Shown here in pieces: positions 48,985 to 59,347 of a stretch of DNA of 64,000 bases (position 1 is its first letter; every line of letters starts with the position of its first letter). The stretch comes from a bacterium. Its GTDB lineage: Bacteria; UBA8248; JACPRG01; G963555815. Below the pieces are notes generated by a model. It was given only the letters and a program-made list of their open reading frames with translations. It was not told the DNA's origin and made no database searches. The stretch is taken from positions 1,056,001 to 1,120,000 of the forward strand of contig CAUVWX020000001.1 in the NCBI GenBank assembly GCA_963555815.3. The letters run 5' to 3'. The translations under genes were made by a program, and so were the position numbers.

Positions 48985-49860
48985 CTACGTACCGAGCAAG
49001 AGCATTGCGAAGATTTCGTGGTGCATGATGGGTTTGGTTCTGTCCGATTCCTGCGGACCGATTTCGCCGTAGCTGTAGAAACCGCAAAACGGCACTTCGT
49101 TGCCGATACTTTCCTTGAGAATCCTAACCTCCTCACCGGTCTTGGTGCCGAGCAAAAGCCTGCGGGCTGCACAAGAGACGATTCCTGCAGCCTCCGGCTT
49201 CTTTGTGTCGGGAAACCCTTGCAGCGCCCTTCGGATCGATTCCGCGGTGCCATCGAGAATTGCCGCGCGGTCGGTGATCGAAACCTGCACTCTCGAACCT
49301 TCGGGGATGTCAGCGAGATAGGTGATGGCTCCTGTGTGTTCGTCGATATTGCCTGGCGTCTCGCGGAGATATTCGGGCTCGTCGTCGTCGTTCAGAACGA
49401 TGAGCGGAAATTCTGCCTTTGGCTTGAACTGATCCCCCAAGAAACGACGATAGAAATCGATGGCAGGCGCGCCATCGATTTCGTAGACGACAGCGCCATC
49501 CGAGCGCGTGATCACTCCCGGCTCGCCGACCGGCCTCCAACCGTGTGCAGCGCCCAACGAGTACACCAGCGGACCTGACAGAAGCAAGATAGGTACGCCA
49601 TCCGAGACGACCTCTCGGCCAAAGAACTGAAGCGTTTTGACCACTCTGTAATGGTCCCCCGCCGCGCCTCCAAACAGCGTCACGTTGTCACCAAGCGCCT
49701 TTGTAAGTGCTTCCACAATCTGCTGGCCGCTCATCGTGAGACTCTCGGGCGTCGCGATGCACAGACTCGGCTCGAGTGTTGTCTGGGCCCTGGCCTCCGC
49801 GACGGCCCGCGAACAGGCTGCCTCAGCACCTTGACTCACCTCCCGTGCAAGGCCCGTGTG
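48985..49860 (-). pseudogene. FIST-domain (NosP-like) sensor, N-terminally truncated
   Basis: FGGAAGD, HGWRPVG, VYEIDGAPA, SCAARR and GFYSYGEIGP. The 5' end abuts the integrase fragment. Confidence 0.82.
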
Positions 49861-50309
49861 GTGAGTTATTTTCACTTAGATGGGAGGACCTGGACTTTCA
49901 GAATGGCATCGTTCGGGTTTTGGACACCAAGAACGGAGAGAGACGGGAAATCCCTATGAGCGACACCCTGCGTAAGACCCTCCAGCGAATTTCCCGCCGC
50001 CTGGATTCACCCTACGTCTTTCCAGGGAAAACAGGAAATGGCCTTGTGGAAATCAGAAGGCCTTTCAAGAGGGCGTTGCAGGAAGCAGGAATTGAGGGGT
50101 TTGTGTTTCATGACCTCCGGCACACATTTGCTTCTCACCTGGTCATGGCGGGCGTAGATCTCGTGACAGTGAGGGAATTTCTTGGCCACAAAAGGATGGA
50201 AATGACCCTCCGGTATGCCCACTTGGTACCGGACCACAAGAGGGCGGCCATCAACCGACTGGACACCAGGCAAAAGAAATGGGTCACCGCGATTGCTGCA
50301 ACCCCTTGA
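49857..50309 (+). pseudogene. C-terminal fragment of a tyrosine integrase
   Basis: GELFSLRW, TKNG, FHDLRHTFAS, LGH and RYAH. N-terminus and first catalytic Arg missing. Confidence 0.9.
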
Positions 50310-50315
50310 ATTTCA

Positions 50316-50392
50316 TGGTGGGCGATGCGGGACTCGAACCCACGGCCTTTGGTTCCGGAGACCAACGCTCTATCCACCTGAGCTAATCGCCC
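50316..50392 (-). tRNA. tRNA-Arg(CCG)
   Basis: 77-nt cloverleaf GGGCGATTAGCTCAG...TTGGT-CTCCGGA-ACCAA...GGTTCGAGTCC...ATCGCCCACCA, with CCA encoded. Confidence 0.97.
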
Positions 50393-50402
50393 CTGCCTTT
50401 TT

Positions 50403-50432
50403 ACCTTAGATGATGCTCCGGAAATCTGTCAA
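50403..50432 (-). promoter_or_regulatory. Probable tRNA promoter
   Basis: Minus strand TTGACA-18 bp-TAAGGT. Confidence 0.5.
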
Positions 50433-50484
50433 TGAGAGAGATCTCGATCAGAGGCGGGTCTCCCACGTTTTCGGCTGTCTAAAA

Positions 50485-51897
50485 TCATGAGAGAGCGAAC
50501 TGCTCCTCGGTGGGCTCCGCTCAGCAGTACCAGGGTTCTTCTAGGTAGGGGATCGTGGCCCGCGCAGGCAGGTGGATAGAATCCGGGAGCTTTCTCACGG
50601 AGACGCCCGCCGCCTCATGGGCCAGCGTCCATATCTCCGCAAAGACATTTTGACGGGTTTCTCCCCGTTCATCTCCCGCCCTGACCAGTTCCAGGACATC
50701 CTTGTGCAACTGGTCCATCCTCGGGTCGGGATGTCGCCAGGAATAGCACAAAGCCGCTTCGTCAAATTCTCCCACCGTATCCCTCGTTTCGGGCAGCTCC
50801 AGCAGCCTGGAGCCGGCCGGGATCAGGAGGCGAATCGCGAGCTGGATCGGGGCGACTTGCGCGATCAGATCCAGCTCCACCAGGACCGACAGCAGGTCCA
50901 GATATCCCTCCATCGATGTCCACGGCGTGAATGTCACAAACGTGGGGTTTAGCCCCAGCCGGAGTTCTCTGAATATTTGGACGACACGAACAAAATCTTC
51001 GCGGGTATGGCCTTTGTCCAGGATGGAGAGGATTCGGTCGTCCACAGACTCGACGGCGCTCGTGACGAAGAGACAGCCGGTGTCCCTGAGGACGGGGAGA
51101 AAGGGGGAGTGTTTCAGGAGATGCTCAATCTTGATGGTTGCGTCGTAGGTAACGTTCGGGTGTCGCTGGTGCAGGGAGTTCACCAGCCCAATGGAGTGGC
51201 GGATTCCGTTGAAAAAATCCGGGTCTCCAAACGTGATGTGCTGCGCACCTGCGGCCACCTGTCTCTCGATGTCTTCCAGCACAACGTCTCGCTGGACGAT
51301 CCGAAACGCCCCCTGATAGACCGGCACGATGGGGCAATGACGGCAGAGGTGTTTACAGCCGCGACTCGCCTCCGTATATCCCACAATATGCTTCTGCCCG
51401 TTTCCCAGGTTCAATCGCGCATATTGGGACAGGGCTGCCAGATCGCTTCGGTCCGGGACCAGAAACTTTTGTCTGGCCAATGAGACAAGGGGTTCGGGCT
51501 GAAAATCTTTCGCCCCGCCGCTCTCCCCGTTGCGCAGTCTTCCAACAAGACTGACCAGCCCCTCCTCGAACTCGCCGCCGAGGATGGTGTCGACGCCGAG
51601 CTTTCTCAGGAAATCCGCGTTGACCGGAGCATAGAGGCCGTAAAAGCATACTTTCGCATCCGGATTGAGTGTTTTTACCTGTCTGACAACCTGTGTGGCA
51701 ATGCGCGTCGCCGTGTGCATGGGCACATAGAAAGCGATGAGGTCAGCGGCCCGGATCGCTTCCTCTTCCAGGCGTTGCCTGGAGAGGTCCACGCAAGTGA
51801 CCGACGCCCCCTCCTGCCGCAGCCAGACCGCAGGGGAGGCGAGTCCAAATGGCTGGCGCCCTAGCTCGTAGGTCGATATCAGAACGACGTTCACCAA
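50485..51897 (-). CDS. CUAEP-tail radical SAM selenoprotein (UGA at 50521-50523 read as Sec)
   Basis: CKHLCRHC radical SAM motif and an N-terminal B12-binding-like domain. C-terminus reads PWYC-UGA-AEPTEEQFALS*. Confidence 0.88.
50491..50508 (-). promoter_or_regulatory. Candidate bacterial SECIS hairpin
   Basis: GAGGAGC-AGUUC-GCUCUC stem-loop. The apical loop is 19 nt after the UGA and contains GU. Confidence 0.55.
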
Positions 51898-51919
51898 ACG
51901 TTCCCTTTAACTATTCGCT

Positions 51920-52198
51920 TCAGGTGGGTTGGGGTGGGACGTAACCCTCAGGGCGCGCTGCGCCTTCTCCAAACAAGAAGTCTTCTACCTGTTTGTTAAA
52001 GATCTTGTCCGTTTCCTCGTCCATCAAGTTGAGCTGGTACTCATTGACGATCATCTTGAAATGCTCCATGAACATGTTCCAGGCCTCTTCGGACACATTT
52101 TCAAAAACTCGCTGGCCCAGCTCGCCTGGGATCGGGGGTTCATCCAACCCGGGCAACTGTCGCTTGAGCTTGACACATTGGACCGTCCGCTGGCCCAT
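51920..52198 (-). CDS. yggX: Fe(II)-trafficking / oxidative damage protection protein
   Basis: RTVQCVKL, PIPGELGQRVFENVSEEAW and MIVNEYQLN. Confidence 0.9.
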   Translation of the reverse strand: MGQRTVQCVKLKRQLPGLDEPPIPGELGQRVFENVSEEAWNMFMEHFKMIVNEYQLNLMDEETDKIFNKQVEDFLFGEGAARPEGYVPPQPT

Positions 52199-52317
52199 GA
52201 CGATTCCCCCAAATCCCTTTGCAGGGGGGTTTTGGTGTCTTCCTGCTTTCCCCCCGAACCCTCTTTAGATCAATATAGCAGAATCCCATCTGCGGGCAAC
52301 GAGATCCTTAGAAGTGA

Positions 52318-52881
52318 TTAGACCTTTTCATTCAACCCGCGCAACCCGCGCAGCCAGGACTCGACAGTTTTTGCAACCTCCTCTAGGTCCGTGTATGGGA
52401 CCAATGTGACCAGTTGCGGGTAGTCTGTTTTCAATTGAATGATGTTGGTGAGGTTGATCCCGAGTTTCCCGACCTCCGGATTGTAAAACCCGAGGATGCG
52501 TTTCCCTTCATGTATAAACCTCATTGAGTTGATTCCAGAACCGAGGCCTGCCTCGTCATAGCAGTAGATGGCGACAGCGGCTTGGCTTCGAAATAGGGCG
52601 TCTCTTTCAGAGATAAACCGAGCCAATATCTCGTCTTCACTCTCTTTGTTTTTGGCCTTTTCCAAATAGGACTTCCATTCTCTGTCGTAATATTCAAAAG
52701 GGTCACAGACCCTGTCGATCAGCCTGTCAAGAGAGAGATCGGGAAATTGTGTTTGGTAGAATCGAAATTTGGTGTCGTAATCTAGGCCGGTTTGCTGAAG
52801 CGTCTTGATGACCGTCCGTTTAAAATCCCTGGTCCTGTCCGTCGCATTCTTGCCTTTTCCGCTCACATAGCAGGGGATCAT
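52318..52881 (-). CDS. Hypothetical protein, possibly nucleoside 2-deoxyribosyltransferase-like fold
   Basis: AT-richer ORF with a YVSG...GLGSGIN...GKRILGF pattern. Fold assignment is weak. Confidence 0.55.
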   Translation of the reverse strand: MIPCYVSGKGKNATDRTRDFKRTVIKTLQQTGLDYDTKFRFYQTQFPDLSLDRLIDRVCDPFEYYDREWKSYLEKAKNKESEDEILARFISERDALFRSQAAVAIYCYDEAGLGSGINSMRFIHEGKRILGFYNPEVGKLGINLTNIIQLKTDYPQLVTLVPYTDLEEVAKTVESWLRGLRGLNEKV

Positions 52882-52961
52882 GACATTTTCTTGTTTCCAT
52901 CCCACGGGCTTGGGGAGAAAAGGAAGGCCTGACGTTCGATGCCCCGCGCAGGGCTAAACCC

Positions 52962-53366
52962 CTAGTCCGCCCAGAGGCTGGAATTCTTCTCCCGAGACTC
53001 CCGTTCCAGCGCTTCTCCTTCAGCCGATAGATCGGTTTCAGGGACACATTTGCCGCAGGGACAGCGGTCCCGAAGGAAGTCGAAAGCGTAGATGCCGGTG
53101 CTGTGGCCGTCGTTCCAACGAAAGTTTAGGGCGTAGCGACCCACCACTTCAGCGATGTCCACTTCCATTGGGGAGCCTTCGGGGAGGACGCGGGGTGGGG
53201 CCTCCTTTCCCTTCTTGCGCAGATCACGGCAGATGGCACAGGGGCAGATATGACGGAGGTAGTCAAAAGGATAGCGGCTCTCATGGCCGTCCTTCCAGGA
53301 GATTTTCAGAAGCCTCTTTTTGTCCACCTTGATGTCGGCAGGGGAGGTGGTTTCTTTGGAGGTCAT
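52962..53366 (-). CDS. DUF971 / GBBH-like N-terminal domain protein
   Basis: WKDGHES, LRHICPCAIC and VGRYAL..WNDGHSTGIY. Confidence 0.9.
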   Translation of the reverse strand: MTSKETTSPADIKVDKKRLLKISWKDGHESRYPFDYLRHICPCAICRDLRKKGKEAPPRVLPEGSPMEVDIAEVVGRYALNFRWNDGHSTGIYAFDFLRDRCPCGKCVPETDLSAEGEALERESREKNSSLWAD

Positions 53367-53386
53367 GGAGAGGCCCTCAGCCCGCT

Positions 53387-55033
53387 TCAGGAGACCACGG
53401 GCTCAGCCGCCCGAACCGCTTGGGAAGCCTCAGAGGCGAACCGTTCAAAATTCTTGCGGAACAGGCCGGCGAGTTCATTGGCCTTAGTCCGGTAGGCCGC
53501 CCCGTCGGCCCATTGGTTCTCGGGCTTGAGGATCTCCGACGGCACCTCCGGGCAGGACTCCGGCACTTCTACTCCGAAGATGGGGTCCGGGGTATAAGCC
53601 ATCTCGTCGAGGGACCCGTTGAGGGCAGCGCTCAGGAGGGCGCGCGTGTAGGCGAGCTTCATTCTGGGGACCTGGCCCGGTCCTCCTCCGATCCAGCCGG
53701 TATTGACCAGCCAGACCCTGGAGTTGTGCTCTTGGGTTTTCTCCCGGAGCATCTGGGCATAGCGGGTGGGATGATGGGCGAGGAAGGGAGACCCGAAGCA
53801 GGTGCTGAAGGTGGCCTCGGGCTCCTTTAGGCCGGCCTCGGTCCCAGCCACTTTGGCGGTGTATCCCGAGAGGAAGTGGTACATGGTCTGCTCGGGCCCC
53901 AGCCGGCTGATGGGGGGAATGACCCCAGAGGCATCGCAGGTGAGGAAGAAGATGTTGCGGGGATGGCCGCCGACTCCCGGGATGACGCAGTTCTCAATGT
54001 GCTCCACCGGGTAGGTGGCCCGGGTGTTCTCGGTGATGGAGTCATCGTCGTAGTCCAGGACCCGGGTCTCCGGGTTCACAATGACGTTCTCCAGGACTGA
54101 GCCGAAGTGGATGGCGTTGTAGATCTGAGGTTCCCCCTCCTGGGAGAGGCGGATGGTCTTGGCGTAGCATCCCCCCTCGAAGTTGAAGATCCCCTCGTTG
54201 GACCAGCCGTGCTCGTCGTCACCAATGAGGCGTCGGATCGGGTCCGCTGAGAGAGTCGTCTTCCCCGTTCCAGAGAGGCCGAAGAAGAGGGCGGTCGTTC
54301 CGTCGTGGTCCATGTTGGCCGAGCAATGCATGGGGAAGACCCCCTTTTCTGGGAGGAGATAGTTCAAAATGGAGAAGATGGACTTCTTCATCTCCCCGGC
54401 ATAACAGGTTCCCCCGATGAGGACGAGCTTCTTCTCATAGCTCACGATGATGAAGGCTTCGCTGCGGGTCCCGTCCACCTCGGGAATGGCGCGCAGACCG
54501 CAGGCGTTGATGATGGTGAATTCCGGTCGATGGCTGGGAAGTTCCTCTGCCGGCGGTCTCAGGAAGAGGGTCCGGGCGAAGAGGGAGTGCCAGGCCCTCT
54601 CAGTGACGACCCGGATGGGCATGCGGTAATTCTCATCCGCGCACACCCAACCGTTGAAGACAAAAAGCTCCTTGCCCTGCAGATAGGCCCGGACACGCTC
54701 AAGGAGATGGTCGAACTTAGCCGCTTCGAAGGGACGGTTGACCGGACCCCACCAGATCTTCTCGCGGGTGTCGGGCTCCTCGACGGTGAACTTGTCTTTA
54801 GGGCTGCGGCCCGTGTAGGGGTCCGTGCGGACGACCAGTGCCCCTCCGGGCGCCAGGAACCCCTCTTCCCGCGCCACGGCCATCTCCACCAGCCGCGGAA
54901 CAGCAAGATTCCAGTGGACCGGGCCGATGTGAATGAGGCCGTGGGCTTCGAGCCCCAAGGGAGGGGCGGCGCTCTGAGGGTTTTTGGAAGCGGCCTGCCC
55001 GCCCGCTTCGACTCTGCCTTGGCCCGCATGCAT
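53387..55033 (-). CDS. pckA: PEP carboxykinase (ATP)
   Basis: TGRSPKDKF, YAGEMKKS, GLSGTGKTTLS and LIGDDEHGW. Confidence 0.97.
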   Translation of the reverse strand: MHAGQGRVEAGGQAASKNPQSAAPPLGLEAHGLIHIGPVHWNLAVPRLVEMAVAREEGFLAPGGALVVRTDPYTGRSPKDKFTVEEPDTREKIWWGPVNRPFEAAKFDHLLERVRAYLQGKELFVFNGWVCADENYRMPIRVVTERAWHSLFARTLFLRPPAEELPSHRPEFTIINACGLRAIPEVDGTRSEAFIIVSYEKKLVLIGGTCYAGEMKKSIFSILNYLLPEKGVFPMHCSANMDHDGTTALFFGLSGTGKTTLSADPIRRLIGDDEHGWSNEGIFNFEGGCYAKTIRLSQEGEPQIYNAIHFGSVLENVIVNPETRVLDYDDDSITENTRATYPVEHIENCVIPGVGGHPRNIFFLTCDASGVIPPISRLGPEQTMYHFLSGYTAKVAGTEAGLKEPEATFSTCFGSPFLAHHPTRYAQMLREKTQEHNSRVWLVNTGWIGGGPGQVPRMKLAYTRALLSAALNGSLDEMAYTPDPIFGVEVPESCPEVPSEILKPENQWADGAAYRTKANELAGLFRKNFERFASEASQAVRAAEPVVS

Positions 55034-55219
55034 GTGGTTTTCCTCCCTATCTGCTAGGAAACTCCGGAGTTCTAGCTCCGGCGTCCTGATTTTCTAAGGG
55101 GTCTCAACTCCTCTTAACATAGACTTTTTAGCGTATGCTACGCAAGGGGAAGGGGGGGGTTGGAGTAGATCGTCCGGTTTCACTGGGGCTTCAACCCTTG
55201 GCTGTTGCGGTTTTGGACC

Positions 55220-56775
55220 ATGAGAGAAGACATCAATCGGAAGATTCAAGCTGGGCTCCGGGGCCTCCTGCCCAAGCCCCCCTGGCGTGGCTCCAGAGGT
55301 TCGCCCAGGGGTATCCAAACGTCTACCTCGTCGGAGGATTTCTGAGGGATATCGCCCTTGCGGAAGGTGGGGGTCTTGGCCGAATCGAGGAAATCGACTG
55401 CGCTGTCCAGGGGGCAGAGAAATGCGCCCGCGCATTTGCTAAGACGGTTCAAGGCCGGGTCGTTTCCCTGGACCCACGCGTCTGGCGTGTCGTGGTGGGA
55501 AAGCCCGGTCCCACTTAGGTCGATTTCACTGAGCTTCGGGCCAAAGATATCGAGGCGGACCTTCGGGGCAGGGATTTTGGGGTGAACGCCCTCGCTTGTC
55601 CGCTTCCCCTCGAAGTCAACGGCGAGGGACGTCTGATTGACCCATGCGGGGGTCTTGACGATCTCGCAACCAGGACCATTCGGGCCGTCTCCCCCAGCAC
55701 TATCCAGGAAGACCCCATCCGGGCCCTTCGGGCTTTTCGTTTGGCCGCCCAATGGACCCTTACACTGGAGGCCCAGACCGAGACCCTTCTGATGCGGGAA
55801 GGTCACCTCATCTCGCGTTCAGCACCCGAGCGGATCCGAGAGGAAGGTTTTAGGCTTCTGAGGCTGCCTTCGGCCACTCCCGCTGTGCGGAGGATGGCGG
55901 ACGTAGGCCTCCTCTTCACCCTTCTCCCCGAGTGCGAGACCATGAGGGGGATCGCCCAGGAGGATAGCAGGGGAATCCACGCGGGCGACCTCCTCAGTCA
56001 CTCTCTGGACACCCTGGAGGTCCTGGAATCCCTCCTCAGAGAGGCCGAGGGAGGTGCCCCTGGCAGACCGGCGTATGAGGATCTGTTTTCGGGTCACGGA
56101 CGACGCTTAAGCCGATACCTGAGGCCTGTCTTCCGAATCCCTGTTCTCAAGATCGCGGCTCTATTGCACGACATGGGAAAGCCTCGCTGCCGGGAGGTCG
56201 GGGCCGACGGAAAAATTCACTTTTACGGCCATGAGGAGGTGGGCGCCGAGATGGCGGACTCCCTTGCAAAGAGACTTCGCTTCAGCCGAAGGGAGAGGGA
56301 GTGTTTGAGGGGGCTCGTCCGCCAACACATGAGGCTGGCCCTCCTCATGGTCTCCTTCGAAGGGAAGCCCGTCAGCCGGCGGGCCGTCTTTCGTCTGGGC
56401 CGGGATGCGGGCGAAGATCTAGCCGGCCTCGTTTTCCTGGGGAGCGCGGACGCCCGGGCCAAGGGGGGGCCCCTCGCGCCAGGAGAGGTTTTTATGGGTT
56501 TTGCCAGGGGGTTTCTTGAGGTCTCTGAAGAGGTTTTAGGGCCATCCACTGACAGGGGCGCAACACCCTCTCGCTGGATCAATGGTCACGACCTGCAAAA
56601 ACTCTTCAAGCTTGCCCCCGGGCCTCGTTTGGGGGCGATCCTCTCGGGCCTGGAGGAGGCCCAGGGCGCCGGCGAGGTTTCTTGCCGCGAGGAGGCCCTG
56701 GCGTGGATTGAAAGGCTCCTCAAGAGAGGGGAGAAATCCGGGGAATCAGTTGCCAATCAGGCCGAAGGGGCATAA
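55220..56775 (+). pseudogene. CCA-adding enzyme / poly(A) polymerase-family HD-domain protein with an in-frame TAG
   Basis: YLVGGFLRD, then TAG at 55516-55518, then in frame VDF..DLRGRDFGVNAL, EDPIRALRAFR and LLHDMGK. Possible extra frameshift in the C-run at 55277-55282. Confidence 0.8.
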
Positions 56776-56862
56776 TATATGGGAAAGGGTAAATTTTAAA
56801 CGTATTGATTTCTAAGGTTTTGCCTTTAGAGATTTCAATCTTCGGCCAAAAGGATCTGAGTC

Positions 56863-58047
56863 ATGGCAAAGACGTATGACCAGTTGATGGAAGACGCCCG
56901 AAAGGTTGTCCAGGAGCTAACGCCTGAAGAGGCCAAGGAGAGGCTGGAGGGGAATGAGAAGCCAATCATCCTCGACGTGCGTGAAAAGGACGAACAGCGC
57001 CAGGGCTACATTCCCGAAGCGGTCTTGCTTCCCAGGGGATTTCTGGAGATCCAGGTGGGCGGGGCCATCCCCGACAAGGAGCGTCCCGTCATCGTCTACT
57101 GTGCGGGAGGCGTCCGTTCCCTCCTGGCGGCCAACACGCTGAAGCAGATGGGTTATGAGTCTGTCGCCTCCATGAAGGAGGGGTTTAACGGTTGGAAGAA
57201 CCGCGGTTACAGTTTCAGCGAGGACTTCCAGCTCAAGCCCGATCAGATCAGCCGCTACAGCCGTCACATCATGCTCTCCCAGGTGGGCGAGAAGGGGCAG
57301 GGGGATCTCCTCCAGTCCAAGGTCCTCCTCATTGGGGCGGGCGGACTCGGCTCTCCGTCGGGCTTTTATTTGGCGGCGGCGGGTGTGGGAACCCTCGGCA
57401 TTGTCGACTTTGACGTGGTGGACCGGAGCAACCTTCAGCGCCAGATCCTCCACCGCGACACCGACGTGGGTCGTCCCAAGACGGAGTCGGCGAAAGAGAC
57501 CCTGCAGGCACTGAACCCGGATGTCAATGTGATCACTTATCAGGAGCGCCTCTCGTCGGACAACATTATGGACCTCATCTCCAACTACGACATCGTCGTG
57601 GACGGCTCCGACAACTTCCCGACCCGATACCTGGTGAATGACGCCTGTGTCTTTGCTGGAAAGCCCAATGTCCACGGGAGCGTCTTCCAGTTTGAGGGCC
57701 AGACGACCATCTTCTACCCCAAGGCCGGCGGACCCTGCTACCGTTGCCTTTATCCCCTTCCTCCTCCTCCGGGCATGGCCCCGAGCTGCGCCGAGGCCGG
57801 GGTCCTGGGTGTGCTCCCTGGGGTGGTGGGGACCCTACAGGCGATGGAGGCCATCAAGCTCATCTTGAAGAAGGGGGAGCCCCTCGTCGGGCGCCTCCTC
57901 CTCTACGACGCCCTCTCCATGAAGTTCCGGGAGCTGAAGCTGAAGCGTGATCCCTCCTGCCCCGTCTGCGGCGATCACCCTGAGATCAAGGAGCTCATCG
58001 ACTACGAGGCCTTCTGCGCGGGAGTTTCAAGCGACGGCACCCACTAG
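56863..58047 (+). CDS. moeB: Rhodanese-MoeB/ThiF fusion (molybdopterin-synthase adenylyltransferase)
   Basis: N-terminal LDVRE..VYCAGGVRS, then RYSRH, GAGGLGS, SNLQRQILH and PCYRC. Confidence 0.93.
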   Translation: MAKTYDQLMEDARKVVQELTPEEAKERLEGNEKPIILDVREKDEQRQGYIPEAVLLPRGFLEIQVGGAIPDKERPVIVYCAGGVRSLLAANTLKQMGYESVASMKEGFNGWKNRGYSFSEDFQLKPDQISRYSRHIMLSQVGEKGQGDLLQSKVLLIGAGGLGSPSGFYLAAAGVGTLGIVDFDVVDRSNLQRQILHRDTDVGRPKTESAKETLQALNPDVNVITYQERLSSDNIMDLISNYDIVVDGSDNFPTRYLVNDACVFAGKPNVHGSVFQFEGQTTIFYPKAGGPCYRCLYPLPPPPGMAPSCAEAGVLGVLPGVVGTLQAMEAIKLILKKGEPLVGRLLLYDALSMKFRELKLKRDPSCPVCGDHPEIKELIDYEAFCAGVSSDGTH

Positions 58048-58216
58048 AAGGTGGGCAAGGGCGTTGTCTGAGGAAACTCAGCTTATCCCGGGCCGGGTGT
58101 TCTTTCCGTTCAAATAAGACAATTTGTTCGACCCGTTGAGGGGTCCACGGGTTTGCCGGATGCCACTGGCTGCTTGCGGCCAACGGTGTCCGGCCGCCGC
58201 ACGCCCATGTGGACCC

Positions 58217-59227
58217 TCAGTACTTCACCGCAAGATTGGTGTTGATGCTGACGTCGTTCTTCTCCACCCCCGGTCTGGGATCGTTATCGTATTCGTCCGT
58301 CACGACGAAGTCCAAAGAGAGAAAATCCGTAATGGGGGTCGAGAAGATCAGTTGCCCGTTGGCCAAAAAATTTGTTTCGGGGTTTCTAAGCTTTGGGAGG
58401 TAGGCTGCTTTTAGGGAGAGAGTGGATTGAAAGATCTTCTGCTCCCAAGCGGTTCCGACGAGCCCGGCCAAGTTGGTCTCGCGCTGTCCGTCCCGGAAAA
58501 ACTCCTGAATAGAGGAGATGCCGATTTCCCCGCTGAGCTCTGTCCGGTCGGTCCGGATGAAAAAGTAGCCGGGCCCCACGGTTTCCGTGTGACGCAGGTC
58601 GAGTTCTTCCGCGCGGTCGGTCTCCAGGTCCACGAGGCCGAAGGCGAAGAGGCGATCGGTGAAGAGGTAGTCGTATCGACCGGAGAGGCTTCCCTTGTCA
58701 GTATCCAGCGTGCCCCGGGTCTCTTTTCTCTCGTAGACCCCTTGCAAGGCAAAACGGTCGGAGCGGGTCCGCCGTGTCAAGTTTCCACGGAAGTTGAGGC
58801 CGAAGGAATCCGTGTTGCCCGACTGGTGGGCGAGGCCCGCGCTGATCTTCCCCTTCCAGAGTCTGGCGCGGGGTGTCTGGATGTCCAGTTGTTCAAGCTC
58901 AGCAAGGGAGATTCGAAGGGGTTCCTCGGAATCTTCAGAACGAATCACCCAGACGCCCGATTCAAACTTCTCGAGTGTTCCGGTCAGCTCCCGTCCGCTG
59001 TGGGTGATCAGGCGAATGGGCTTCTTGCCCTCTAAGCTGCTGATGTCTTTCCATGGAATTCGGAGTTCCCCGAGGATGGGGGATTTGAGCAGAACCACTT
59101 CTTCACTCAAGCCTGCGATTTCGCCCGTCAAACGGTCCCCGTTTTTTAATGTCACTTGATCTGCAGCAGCGATTCCGACGAGCAACACGAGAAGCGACCA
59201 TGCGGTGAAACAGCACCGAAGCAACAC
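58217..59227 (-). CDS. DUF481-like outer membrane beta-barrel
   Basis: Signal peptide, DQVTLKNGDRLTG, SGNTD and a terminal aromatic residue. Confidence 0.82.
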   Translation of the reverse strand: MLLRCCFTAWSLLVLLVGIAAADQVTLKNGDRLTGEIAGLSEEVVLLKSPILGELRIPWKDISSLEGKKPIRLITHSGRELTGTLEKFESGVWVIRSEDSEEPLRISLAELEQLDIQTPRARLWKGKISAGLAHQSGNTDSFGLNFRGNLTRRTRSDRFALQGVYERKETRGTLDTDKGSLSGRYDYLFTDRLFAFGLVDLETDRAEELDLRHTETVGPGYFFIRTDRTELSGEIGISSIQEFFRDGQRETNLAGLVGTAWEQKIFQSTLSLKAAYLPKLRNPETNFLANGQLIFSTPITDFLSLDFVVTDEYDNDPRPGVEKNDVSINTNLAVKY

Positions 59228-59347
59228 TGTGGGCTCCTTTCACTAAATCGGGTGCCGAAGACAATCGTGGTCTTGAGAAGCGACGGCTAGGCTCATGGAA
59301 TTGACGATGGTGTTCCGCGATTCTCTACTGACCCAGCGAAGGCTCCC

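Larger units (their letters stand above)
43776..50360. mobile_element. Decayed integrative island at tRNA-Arg(CCG)
   Basis: Flanked by 47-bp att repeats, with a tyrosine integrase remnant next to the tRNA, an excisionase-like gene at the far end, and AT-richer cargo. Confidence 0.9.

Noticed and set aside
55516..55518. Pyrrolysine or genome-wide TAG recoding
   Set aside because: TAG ends many normal genes here (larC, fabG, fabD, moeB), there are no pyl genes in view, and the gene shows other signs of decay.
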